Shown here piece after piece: positions 48,740-57,360 of a stretch of 64,000 bases of DNA. Made by a program: the position numbers and the translations under genes. The notes below the pieces were generated by a model that was given only the letters and a program-made list of their open reading frames with translations, was not told the DNA's origin and did no database searches. Source of the DNA: Armatimonadota bacterium (GTDB lineage: Bacteria > Armatimonadota > Chthonomonadetes > Chthonomonadales > CAJBBX01); assembly GCA_026392115.1 (NCBI GenBank), contig JAPLCQ010000094.1:22788-86787 (forward strand), in the 5' to 3' direction. How positions within the stretch are numbered: position 1 is the stretch's first letter; every line of letters starts with the position of its first letter.

Positions 48740-49222
48740 ATGCAAGCACCCATCGACGCCCCACCCACCGCCGTCCTGCGCCGCGCCGTTCCGTCGGACG
48801 TGCCGGCCATGCAGAGGCTCATCAACGGCTTCGCGCAGCGCGAGATGATGCTTCCCCGCAGCCTGAGCCAGCTCTACGAGAACATCCGCGACTTCTTCGT
48901 GGCGGTCGAGGGCGACGAGGTGGTGGGTTGCGTGGCCCTGCACGTGAGCTGGAAGGACCTGGCGGAGCTCAAGTCGCTGGCCGTGGCGGACACGCGCCAG
49001 GGGCGCGGCTACGGCCGCCGGCTGATCGAGGCGTGCATGGAGGACGCGGGCCGCATGGGCCTTGAGCGCGTCTTCGCGCTGACCTATGTTCCGGGCCTTT
49101 TCGAGAAGGCGGGCTTCGCCCGAATCGACAAGGCGCTTCTGCCCCGCAAGGTCTGGACGGAGTGCGTCTTCTGCCCCAAGTTCAGCGACTGCACCGAGGT
49201 GGCCGTCGTCCGCGACGCCTGA
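48740..49222 (+). CDS. GNAT N-acetyltransferase, short N-acetylglutamate synthase-like
   Basis: MLPRSLSQLYENIRDF; LHVSWKDLAELKSLAV; GRGYG; FALTY; LPRKVWTECVFCPK..CTE. Confidence 0.85.
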   Translation: MQAPIDAPPTAVLRRAVPSDVPAMQRLINGFAQREMMLPRSLSQLYENIRDFFVAVEGDEVVGCVALHVSWKDLAELKSLAVADTRQGRGYGRRLIEACMEDAGRMGLERVFALTYVPGLFEKAGFARIDKALLPRKVWTECVFCPKFSDCTEVAVVRDA

Positions 49223-49234
49223 GCGCCGGGGCGC

Positions 49235-50515
49235 CTACTCCTCGACTCGAATCCAGTTCTCCACGCTGTAGACCTCGGGCAGCCGCTCCATCTGTGCGAT
49301 GGCCGCGCGCATGTTGGCCTCGCGCACGGCGTGCGTCACCCAGACGGCCTCGGCCTTGTCATGGGCGTCGGCGCGCACGGACTCGATGGAGACGCCGTTG
49401 GCCCCCAGCACCCCGGCGATGGCCGCCAGCGTGCCCGGACAGTCGCTCACCGAGATGCGCAGGTAGTACTTGGTGACGAGGTCGTCGATCGGCAGCACCC
49501 GGCGGGTTTCGTAGCAGGTGCAGGCGATGCGGCCGGTGCAGCCATGCACCAGGTTTCGGCAGGTATCGGTCAGGTCGCCCACCACCGCGCTACCCGTGGG
49601 CATCATGCCCGCGCCGCGCCCGTAGAACATGACGTCGCCCACGGCGTCGCCGCGCAGGAAGATGGCATTGAAGGCATCGTTCACACTGGCCAGCGGGTGT
49701 CGCCGGGGTATGAGCGCGGGATGGACGCGCACCTGCACGCAGTCGGTCCCTGATCGCGTCCCCACGGCCAGCAACTTGATGACGTACCCGAGGTCGCGGG
49801 CATGGCGGATGTCGCTCTGGCTCACCCGTGTGATGCCCTCCACATACACGTCCTCCACGCTCACCCGGCTGGTGAACGCGATGGAACTGAGGATGGCGAT
49901 CTTGTACTGGGCGTCGTAGCCCTCCACGTCGCTGGTGGGGTCGGCCTCGGCGTAGCCCAGCCGCTGAGCCTCCTCGAGGACATCCGAGTACTCGGCGCCT
50001 TCCAGCGTCATCTTCGAGAGGATGTAGTTGGTGGTGCCGTTGACGATGCCCTTCACCTGGTCGACGCGGTTGCCGGCGAGGCTGCTCTTCATGGGGAGGA
50101 TGATGGGAATACCGCCTGCCACCGCTCCCTCGAAGAGAAAGTCGCAAGCCTGGTTCTGCGCCTCGCGGAGGATCGATTCGCCCTCCTTGGCGATCAGTTC
50201 CTTGTTGGCGCTGACAACCTGCTTGCCCGCGCGCAACGCCCGCAGCACGTACTCGTGGGCCGGGTCGACGCCGCCGATGAGTTCGCAGACCACATCGATC
50301 TCGGGGTCGTCCAGCACATCCTCGACATCCGTGGTCAGCAGGGCCGGGTCGTACGGTACCGGCCGCGCCTTGCCGAGGTCGCGCACGACAACGCGCTTTA
50401 CCTCGACGGCGGCGCCCACCTTGCGCTGGATGTCCTCCAGATTGGCGTTCAGAAGCGCGTAGGCGCCGGAACCGACATTGCCGAAGCCCAGAAGGCCGAT
50501 CTTGATGGTCCTCAA
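49235..50515 (-). CDS. hom: Homoserine dehydrogenase with ACT domain
   Basis: IGLLGFGNVG; ELIGG; VSANK; EGAVAGGIP; GIVNGTTNYIL; GYAEADP; GRGAG; C-terminal ACT. TTG start with a GAGGAGG RBS. Confidence 0.95.
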   Translation of the reverse strand: MRTIKIGLLGFGNVGSGAYALLNANLEDIQRKVGAAVEVKRVVVRDLGKARPVPYDPALLTTDVEDVLDDPEIDVVCELIGGVDPAHEYVLRALRAGKQVVSANKELIAKEGESILREAQNQACDFLFEGAVAGGIPIILPMKSSLAGNRVDQVKGIVNGTTNYILSKMTLEGAEYSDVLEEAQRLGYAEADPTSDVEGYDAQYKIAILSSIAFTSRVSVEDVYVEGITRVSQSDIRHARDLGYVIKLLAVGTRSGTDCVQVRVHPALIPRRHPLASVNDAFNAIFLRGDAVGDVMFYGRGAGMMPTGSAVVGDLTDTCRNLVHGCTGRIACTCYETRRVLPIDDLVTKYYLRISVSDCPGTLAAIAGVLGANGVSIESVRADAHDKAEAVWVTHAVREANMRAAIAQMERLPEVYSVENWIRVEE

Positions 50516-50528
50516 CCCGCGTACCTCC

Positions 50529-50984
50529 TCAGGCCGTCTCCGGCTGCGTTTCGGCCGCCGGGCCGCCGGGCGCAACCACCACCAGGGCATCGCCGGGCTT
50601 TACCAGCTGGCCGTTCTCAGCGGGGATGGCCACCACCGTACCGGCGACCTCGGCGGGCACCTCGGAGAAGACCTTCATGGCCTCGATGAGGCCCACGGTC
50701 TGGCCGACCTCCACATGGTCTCCCACCTCGATGAACGGCGGCTGCTCCGGCCCCGGCGAGCGGTAGTAGACCCCCACCATGGGCGAGGCAACGGCGACGC
50801 CGTCCAGCGCCAGGGGCGCGGCCGCCACGTCAGCCTGCCGCCCGGCAGGGGCCGAAGGGGCGGATCCGCCCTTGATGCGGATGCTCCGGTCGCCCTGCGT
50901 GATCCGCAGTTCAGAGAGGCCGCACTTCTCCACCAACCCGATCAGACGCTCCACGTGGCTCAGTTCAAAGCCTGTCTCCGGCAT
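50529..50984 (-). CDS. accB: Biotin carboxyl carrier protein
   Basis: SPMVGVYYRSP; EAMKVF biotinylation motif; NGQLVKPG. Confidence 0.9.
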   Translation of the reverse strand: MPETGFELSHVERLIGLVEKCGLSELRITQGDRSIRIKGGSAPSAPAGRQADVAAAPLALDGVAVASPMVGVYYRSPGPEQPPFIEVGDHVEVGQTVGLIEAMKVFSEVPAEVAGTVVAIPAENGQLVKPGDALVVVAPGGPAAETQPETA

Positions 50985-50986
50985 GC

Positions 50987-51769
50987 TCAGCCTCCAGGTC
51001 GGGCGGGTGCATCCGCCGGTATCTCGAACAGCGCGTCGGCAAGACCGCCGTTCACCACCACATCGCTGTAGACGGCCACGCCCGCGAGGGCGCCGGCCGC
51101 CGTGCGCACCTCGATCTTGCGCGGCACGCAGATCCCCGGAGCCGCCTCGCTGACGTCGAGGTAGTCGAACGTCCCCTTCAGGCGGCTCGACCGATCGTAC
51201 CACTGGCGCCGGAGGGTCACCTTCCGAACCGGGTCCAGCCAGGCAAGGTACCGCACCTCGCGATCGGCCCGATACCGTAGCTCGAAGACCTGAGCCTCAA
51301 CGCCGCGCACGACCTCCGACCGGAGGCGGCGTCCCTCAAGCTGCTCCAGCTTGGCCTTGGTCAGCAACCCAAGGTCGAAGAGCGAATGCCGGCGGTGCAG
51401 GTCCGCGCCAAGGTCGGTGCGGCGCTTGATGCCCAACTGCGGGACGCGGTAGTAGAGAGCCGCCCCGTCCACCAGCAGCAACCCGACCCGTGCCTCGGCG
51501 CGGAACCGGGAGGGCTCCTTGTACGCTATGTCGAGGGCCTTCAGGCCGAACAGCATGGCCAGGTCCGGGCTGATGGTCCGCATCGCCGCGCCGTCGACCC
51601 GAGTCACCTCAAGCCGCGCGCGCAGGTCCGTCACGCCCGCCACGGCCATTTCGGCCAACTCGGGAGTCTGCGCGACGGCGATCCCACAGGCCACGCAGTG
51701 GAGGGCCAGCGCCGACAAGGCAACCCGCGGCCACCGCGCCGGACGCCGGGTTGAAGGTCGATCATCCAT
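50987..51769 (-). CDS. LolA-like exported protein
   Basis: Signal peptide; YKEPSRFR; WLDP; C-terminal VNGGLADALF typical of the LolA-like fold. Confidence 0.6.
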   Translation of the reverse strand: MDDRPSTRRPARWPRVALSALALHCVACGIAVAQTPELAEMAVAGVTDLRARLEVTRVDGAAMRTISPDLAMLFGLKALDIAYKEPSRFRAEARVGLLLVDGAALYYRVPQLGIKRRTDLGADLHRRHSLFDLGLLTKAKLEQLEGRRLRSEVVRGVEAQVFELRYRADREVRYLAWLDPVRKVTLRRQWYDRSSRLKGTFDYLDVSEAAPGICVPRKIEVRTAAGALAGVAVYSDVVVNGGLADALFEIPADAPARPGG

Positions 51770-51853
51770 TGACGGGGTTCAGGCTCCTTCGTCCTAGCAC
51801 CCCATTCTACCCCGCCTCGGAACGGCCGACCCGACACCGCGGGCCGCCCGGGC

Positions 51854-51883
51854 TTGACCGGTGCGCGCCGCCGTAGCCATAAT
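51854..51883 (+). promoter_or_regulatory. Sigma70-type promoter of the orphan ParB gene
   Basis: TTGACC-N18-CATAAT, about 50 bp upstream of an ATG with an AAGGAG RBS. Confidence 0.5.
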
Positions 51884-51933
51884 GCCCGTCGTCCGCCATT
51901 GCGCGGCGACCTACCGGCCCAAGGAGCAGCCCC

Positions 51934-52866
51934 ATGGAGATTCAGAGCATCGAGATCGGGAGGATCGTCGAAGACCCCGACCAGCCGCGCAAGCACATCG
52001 ACGAGGAATCGCTGCGGGGCCTGGCCGACAGCCTCCGGCAGCATGGCGTGCTGCAACCGATCACGGTCACGGCACTCACCAATGTGAACATGTACCGGAT
52101 CATCACCGGCGAGCGCCGCTGGCGGGCCGCCGGCCTTGCCGGGCTGGAAGTGGTCCCCTGCATCGTCAAGGATCTGGATGAAGAGGATGTCCTGACCGAG
52201 CAACTGGTTGAGAACATGCAGCGACAAGACCTGCAGCCGCTGGAGAAGGCGCGCGCCCTTACCGCGGTGAAGGAGCGGCTGAGCGCCACCAACCGCGAGA
52301 TCGGTGAGCGGCTGGGCCTGGGCGAGCGCACCGTAAGCCACCTTCTGGACCTGCTGGAGTTGCCCGAGGAGATCGGCGAACAGGTCATTTCGTCACCCAA
52401 CAAGCCCGCCGACGGACAACTGACCGAGAAGCACGCGCGCTTCCTGCGACAACTCAACGACGATCCCGACCTGCAGGGCAAGGTGGTTGAGAAGATTCGC
52501 GACGGCCGCCTGACCGGTGAGCAGACCGGCAAGCTGGTGAAGGCCCTGCGCGCCGCGCCGGAGCAGAGCGACGAGATCATGGACTCCGAGCCCGGCGACC
52601 TGCTTCGCTACGCCAAGCCGCGGCGGCCCGATACGATCACGCAGGACGACGCCCCGTTCGACATCGATCCTGTGGCGCCCGCCGCACCGTCGGCGCCGCT
52701 GTCGGTGGCCCAGCACATCGTCGACTTCATCGCGACACTGGACACGGTGCGCCCCATGGACCTGCCGCGCCCGTCCGTGCGGCAGTTGCAGGATGCCCTC
52801 ACCGAACTCCGAATGGCCCTCGACGCGTTGCTTCGGGAGTGCCGCCTGGAGCTCGGCGAGCCATAG
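51934..52866 (+). CDS. Orphan ParB/Spo0J-family protein
   Basis: DPDQPRK; HGVLQPI; GERRWRAA; ENMQRQDL; HTH; non-canonical C-terminus; no adjacent parA. Confidence 0.88.
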   Translation: MEIQSIEIGRIVEDPDQPRKHIDEESLRGLADSLRQHGVLQPITVTALTNVNMYRIITGERRWRAAGLAGLEVVPCIVKDLDEEDVLTEQLVENMQRQDLQPLEKARALTAVKERLSATNREIGERLGLGERTVSHLLDLLELPEEIGEQVISSPNKPADGQLTEKHARFLRQLNDDPDLQGKVVEKIRDGRLTGEQTGKLVKALRAAPEQSDEIMDSEPGDLLRYAKPRRPDTITQDDAPFDIDPVAPAAPSAPLSVAQHIVDFIATLDTVRPMDLPRPSVRQLQDALTELRMALDALLRECRLELGEP

Positions 52867-53029
52867 GGCGCGCCGCGAGCCGCTACAGCGGAACCACGCC
52901 GGGCGTGGTACTGTATACTACTGCCAGTAGCGGCGCGTCCACGCCCTCAGACCGACCGGCGGCCGATGCACCGCGCCCGAGCCCGGCAACGTGCAGTGTT
53001 GCGCCTACTTCCGAACAGGTGATTGATCG

Positions 53030-53674
53030 ATGCCTTCGTCCAGCAAACGCTCCGATGACGATGGGGCGCCTCAGGCAGGCGACGGCACTTCACGCCCTTC
53101 GGCCCCGCCGGACTGGCTTCTCGTCGAGCGCTGCCTCAACGGCGAGAGCCGCGCGTGGGCGCTTCTGGTTAACCGGTACGAAGCCCTCGTTTTCACCATC
53201 GCCAGGCGATCCGGATTGCGTACGGATGAAGCCGAGGACGTCATGCAGGACGTCTTCTACATCCTGATGAACAACCTCTGTGCGCTACGCGACAAGGGCC
53301 GCATGGGCGGTTGGCTCGCCACCACCACGCGACGCGAAGCGTGGCGCAAGATCGGCAGCCGCCCGCACGTGATGCAGAGCGACCTGGAGCCGTCCGCATG
53401 GGAGCAACTGCTGGGCGACGGCAGCGAGACCGCCGAGGGCATGTCCCCCGAGGCGATCGTGGGCAAGCTACAGGACCGCGCCCTCGTCGACGAGGGCCTC
53501 AAACGACTGACACCTGACTGCAAGCGCCTGCTTCAGGCGCTGTTCAGCACCAATGAGCCGCTCAGCTACCAGGACATCTCGGCTAACCTAGACATGCCGA
53601 TAGGTAGTATCGGGCCTACGCGCAAGCGATGCCTTGATCGGCTCGCGAAGGTGCTCGGCGAAATTGGCTTCTAG
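53030..53674 (+). CDS. ECF RNA polymerase sigma factor
   Basis: LVERCLNG..AW..LVNRY; EAEDVMQDVF; WLATTTRREAW; region 4 SYQDISANLDMPIGSIGPTRKRCL. Confidence 0.92.
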   Translation: MPSSSKRSDDDGAPQAGDGTSRPSAPPDWLLVERCLNGESRAWALLVNRYEALVFTIARRSGLRTDEAEDVMQDVFYILMNNLCALRDKGRMGGWLATTTRREAWRKIGSRPHVMQSDLEPSAWEQLLGDGSETAEGMSPEAIVGKLQDRALVDEGLKRLTPDCKRLLQALFSTNEPLSYQDISANLDMPIGSIGPTRKRCLDRLAKVLGEIGF

Positions 53675-53836
53675 GGTATCAGACCAGATGGCCGCCGGCT
53701 CTATCTTGGTGAGAGAGCGAGTTGGCGGTCGATCTGGTATGTCGAACCGGTCCTCTGGGTCGGGTCATCTGGATCGGCCGCGTTTTTCTGGTCACCAGCC
53801 AACCTGCTACTCATGTAACTGCTCAAGAGGACTCGC

Positions 53837-54433
53837 ATGGAGTTGATGAGAGAGGGCGCCGTCGAAGCACAGGCCGGTGCGGCTTGGTCTCGAACGGAGG
53901 ACGCGATGGACAGAGGTACGGAAACATCTGCGGTCGGCTCGATGCCGGCCTCCATGCTCTCCCGAGTGGAGGCGGCGATGACGCTGCCGCCGCTGGAGCA
54001 TGCGTCTCGCACGTCGGTCGCGAAGGTCAAGCTTGCATTCACTGTGCAGTACGCTCGCAAGGCCGTTGCCCGACTGACCGGAAAGCTGGTGCTGGACACC
54101 GATACCATGGTACTCTCCACCGTAAGAGATCGCGGCACCTGTCCGCGCCGTCTCCAGCGGTTCGAGGCCGGCTCATATATGGTCGATCTGTTCTCGGAAG
54201 AGGACGTACCGGGCATGTGGGCCGTCATTGGAGCGGTCTTTGACACCAGCGGCCTGGGGAACGTTGTTCCCGCCGTCGATGCCCGATTGGCGCACCGCGG
54301 TCGGCTCTCCTTGCCGGCTGACTGTGGGCACACAGGGTTCACCATCCAGTCTGTACCCGCCGGCACCTATGACATGAGGGTCCGGCTGCCAGACGCGGAG
54401 GTGCTGGTTCAGTCCGTTCAGATAGGGTACTGA
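53837..54433 (+). CDS. Putative cytoplasmic anti-sigma-like protein with a C-terminal carboxypeptidase-regulatory-like beta domain
   Basis: LVLDT...VR...RLQRFEAG..VDL...W.VIG.V...GFTIQSVPAGTYDMRV. Lies between the ECF and CHAT genes; no TM segment. Confidence 0.6.
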   Translation: MELMREGAVEAQAGAAWSRTEDAMDRGTETSAVGSMPASMLSRVEAAMTLPPLEHASRTSVAKVKLAFTVQYARKAVARLTGKLVLDTDTMVLSTVRDRGTCPRRLQRFEAGSYMVDLFSEEDVPGMWAVIGAVFDTSGLGNVVPAVDARLAHRGRLSLPADCGHTGFTIQSVPAGTYDMRVRLPDAEVLVQSVQIGY

Positions 54434-54442
54434 CCGAGGTCC

Positions 54443-57268
54443 GTGCACTCCACACCCAGTAGTGACGGTGGTGGGAAGACGGTCGGCGTTGACGGACTTG
54501 GCGCCGACCGTTTTCGCACGTCAGGGCAACCGAACACAGGGTCTTTGTCCCAGCAGGAGATCGACGACCTCCGCGCCGCCAGCATCGCCGCCAGGGAGAA
54601 GGGCCGGGACCTGCGCCGGGCAGCCGCCGACTACGAGGCCGCGCTGCACCAGTTCCAAGAGGCCCAGTCCCTTGCTCTCAATGCCGGCGACGCCAAACTC
54701 GCCGCCGAGGTCATGGTCGGCGCCGTAGACTGCTTGAACCAACTGGGCAGATCCAAAGAGGCGGACGCGCTGGCAGAGGGCCTGTCAACCGAGTTCCACC
54801 GGTTGGGCATGGGCATCGAGGCCGCCAAACTCGACGTCAACCGGGGTATCGGACTGCTCCATATGCGCCGGTGCGAACAGGCGAGGGATCTCTTTGCCAG
54901 AGCCCTGCCCTGGTTCATGCGCGACGGGGATCCGTACGCTCAAGCGTTCGTGCAGAACAACCTAGCGGCAGCCTTGACACGCCTAGGCCAACTTGACGAG
55001 GCGTTGACGCTGCTTAAGCTTGCCTACGACACGTTCGGGTGTATGGGGCAGGACCTTAATGCCGCCAAGGTGCAGGGCAACATCGGGTACCTCTACTATG
55101 TCCGGGGCGCTTACGCTGACGCAGTCGCCGCACTGCGCAAGACGCGTCACTCGATCCAGCATCCGGAGCGCCCCGAAACGAAGGTGCACCACGAGGAGGC
55201 CCTTGCGCATTGTGACGCCGACCTGGGCGACATTCAGCGCGAGGCTAACCTCCGCGAAGAGGCGCTAGTCTCATACAACAGCGCGATTCAGCGATACACC
55301 TCCCTGAACCTCCCTGTGCTGCGTGCCAGGGCGCAGGTGAACCGGGCGCGCCTCCTCGCCGATATGGGGAGATCGGCCGATGCTGACCGCGCACTGACTG
55401 ATGCCGACGCCGTTTTCATAGAGCACAACGCCCATGAACTGCGCGGCATGGTACAGCTCGTACGTGCGTTCGTGGCCTGGTCTCATGGCGATGCCGAGAT
55501 AGCAGTAGCGTCTGCCAACGATGCTGTGCGCCTCCTAAGTGATCTCGGGCAGCGGGCGTGGCGTGCGTATGCGCGGTACATCCTGGCCGATCTGGAGTTG
55601 CGTCAAGGCCGCAATGCAGTACGGCAGATGGCCAGGGCGGCTACCGACGCTAGAAGATTGGGACAGCACGCACTCCGAAGCGCGGCACAACTCGCGATCG
55701 GGGAGTACCATGAGCGCAGGGGCGAGTCTGCGCAGGCACTGAGCCGGTACCGCAAGGCGGTCGATGCCCTGGAACACGCCCGGAGCCTGATGCCGGTCGA
55801 GTACATGAATGTGGCCTTCGTCGGCGGCGACCGCATTGACTCCTATGAGAAGCTAGTGGGAGCGCTGTTGCGTCGGAACAGATCGCATGACCTTGCGGAA
55901 GCCCTGCAGGTGCTCGAGAAGTCAAGGTCGCGGCTCCTCCTGGAGCGCATTCGGGCCAACCAGTTCTCCAGCGTTCCCTCCGACAAGGAGGAGGTAAGCC
56001 CGCACGAGTTGGAGTTGCGCGAGGTCCGCGCTCGCATATCTCATATCCACTATGGCCTGACCGGCATCGACACAGGTGATCGGGCAGTGACCCCGGGTCA
56101 TGACGCGAACCCAGGGCCATCGTTGCGAGCTCTTGAGGCCCGTCATGCCGAGTTACTGCTCGACATTGACCTGGGAGTAGGGGCCGGTTCGAGGTCGGGT
56201 GCGGAATTGGACCCGGCTGGTCGTAGGCTGACAGCGGAACTGCCAACGCCGGAGAGGATTCAAGCCGCCATTGCCGCAGATGAGACGCTGGTCGAGTTCT
56301 TCAGCTACGACGGCAAGTACCGCGCGCTTGTCATAGACCGGTCAGGCATCCGGGCAAGCCGCCCCCTCGCCTCGGTCGCCGATGTGGCACTGATGGCGCG
56401 GCGGCTCAGGTTCGAGCTCATCCGCGCTATGGCGCGAGATGCGACGTATCGCAGGCTGGAATCCATGTTCGTGGAGCAGGCTGAGCATGTGCTACAGGAG
56501 CTCTACGATGGCCTGCTGCGTGCGCTCGAACCCATGATAGACGGCAAGAAGCTGACCATTGTGCCACACCGGGAGTTGAACGGGCTTCCGTTCCACGCCA
56601 TGCTGGACGAAACCACTGCAGCCGGTGAGCGGTGGGAAGTGGCTTACGCTCCAGCGGCGGCAATCTGGCTCGCTACAAAGGACGAAGGCGCTGATAGTCG
56701 AGAGTTCGTTGATCGCCCACTACTTCTGGCGCCGCATACACCCGATCTTGAGTACCCAGAGGAGGAAGTGAAGGCCATCGCCGCCATCCTTGGCGATGCG
56801 AAGGCTGTGGTGGGGCTTGAGTGCACGCGGGCGAAGTTCCCGGCCCTCGCCGCCGGTCGGCGGATCGTGCACATGGCGTCGCACGGAAGGTTCAACCGAG
56901 GCAACGCCCTGCTCTCCAGCATCGAGTTCCCAGATGACGACCTGATGGTCGTCGACCTCTACAAGATGCGCCTGAACTGCGACCTGGTGACCCTCTCCGC
57001 CTGCCTTACCGGAGCCTCGGCGGTGGCGGGTCTGGATGAGGCCATGGGCATGGTGCGCGGGTTCATCGCAGCCGGGGTACGCACGCTGGTCGTGAGCTAC
57101 TGGCAGGTTGACGATGAAGGGACGACCGCACTGATGGAGCGGTTCTACACGCATCTGGTGGCCGGTATGACGAAGGCGGCCGCCCTGCAGGCGGCGCAAC
57201 GGGACATGCGGGAAACCAGGCCGCATCCATTCTTCTGGGGCGCCTTCGCTCTCGTCGGCGGCAGGTAG
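54443..57268 (+). CDS. TPR-CHAT caspase-like protease
   Basis: N-terminal TPRs; EKSRSRLL; LTIVPHRELNGLPFHAM; HMASHG (His at 56882); LVTLSACLTG (Cys at 57002); AGV..LVVSYWQV; HPFFWGAF. Confidence 0.92.
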   Translation: MHSTPSSDGGGKTVGVDGLGADRFRTSGQPNTGSLSQQEIDDLRAASIAAREKGRDLRRAAADYEAALHQFQEAQSLALNAGDAKLAAEVMVGAVDCLNQLGRSKEADALAEGLSTEFHRLGMGIEAAKLDVNRGIGLLHMRRCEQARDLFARALPWFMRDGDPYAQAFVQNNLAAALTRLGQLDEALTLLKLAYDTFGCMGQDLNAAKVQGNIGYLYYVRGAYADAVAALRKTRHSIQHPERPETKVHHEEALAHCDADLGDIQREANLREEALVSYNSAIQRYTSLNLPVLRARAQVNRARLLADMGRSADADRALTDADAVFIEHNAHELRGMVQLVRAFVAWSHGDAEIAVASANDAVRLLSDLGQRAWRAYARYILADLELRQGRNAVRQMARAATDARRLGQHALRSAAQLAIGEYHERRGESAQALSRYRKAVDALEHARSLMPVEYMNVAFVGGDRIDSYEKLVGALLRRNRSHDLAEALQVLEKSRSRLLLERIRANQFSSVPSDKEEVSPHELELREVRARISHIHYGLTGIDTGDRAVTPGHDANPGPSLRALEARHAELLLDIDLGVGAGSRSGAELDPAGRRLTAELPTPERIQAAIAADETLVEFFSYDGKYRALVIDRSGIRASRPLASVADVALMARRLRFELIRAMARDATYRRLESMFVEQAEHVLQELYDGLLRALEPMIDGKKLTIVPHRELNGLPFHAMLDETTAAGERWEVAYAPAAAIWLATKDEGADSREFVDRPLLLAPHTPDLEYPEEEVKAIAAILGDAKAVVGLECTRAKFPALAAGRRIVHMASHGRFNRGNALLSSIEFPDDDLMVVDLYKMRLNCDLVTLSACLTGASAVAGLDEAMGMVRGFIAAGVRTLVVSYWQVDDEGTTALMERFYTHLVAGMTKAAALQAAQRDMRETRPHPFFWGAFALVGGR

Positions 57269-57360
57269 CCGACCGGAGCGGCCATCGATGGAGTAAGGCC
57301 CGCCAGCCACCTCGAGGTGGTCGGCGGGCCTCTGCCGTTGCGGTGCGCGGTCGGTTGCGC

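Noticed and set aside
47552..48943. Long N-terminal extension of the 1121-aa ORF with AHAG repeats
   Set aside because: It is the antisense of the GGPGM protein and the GNAT gene; the real gene starts at the signal peptide at 47551.
52909..52929. LexA/SOS-box-like TACTGTATACTACTGCCAGTA
   Set aside because: The spacing is CTG-N11-CAG rather than N10, and this box type is lineage-specific.
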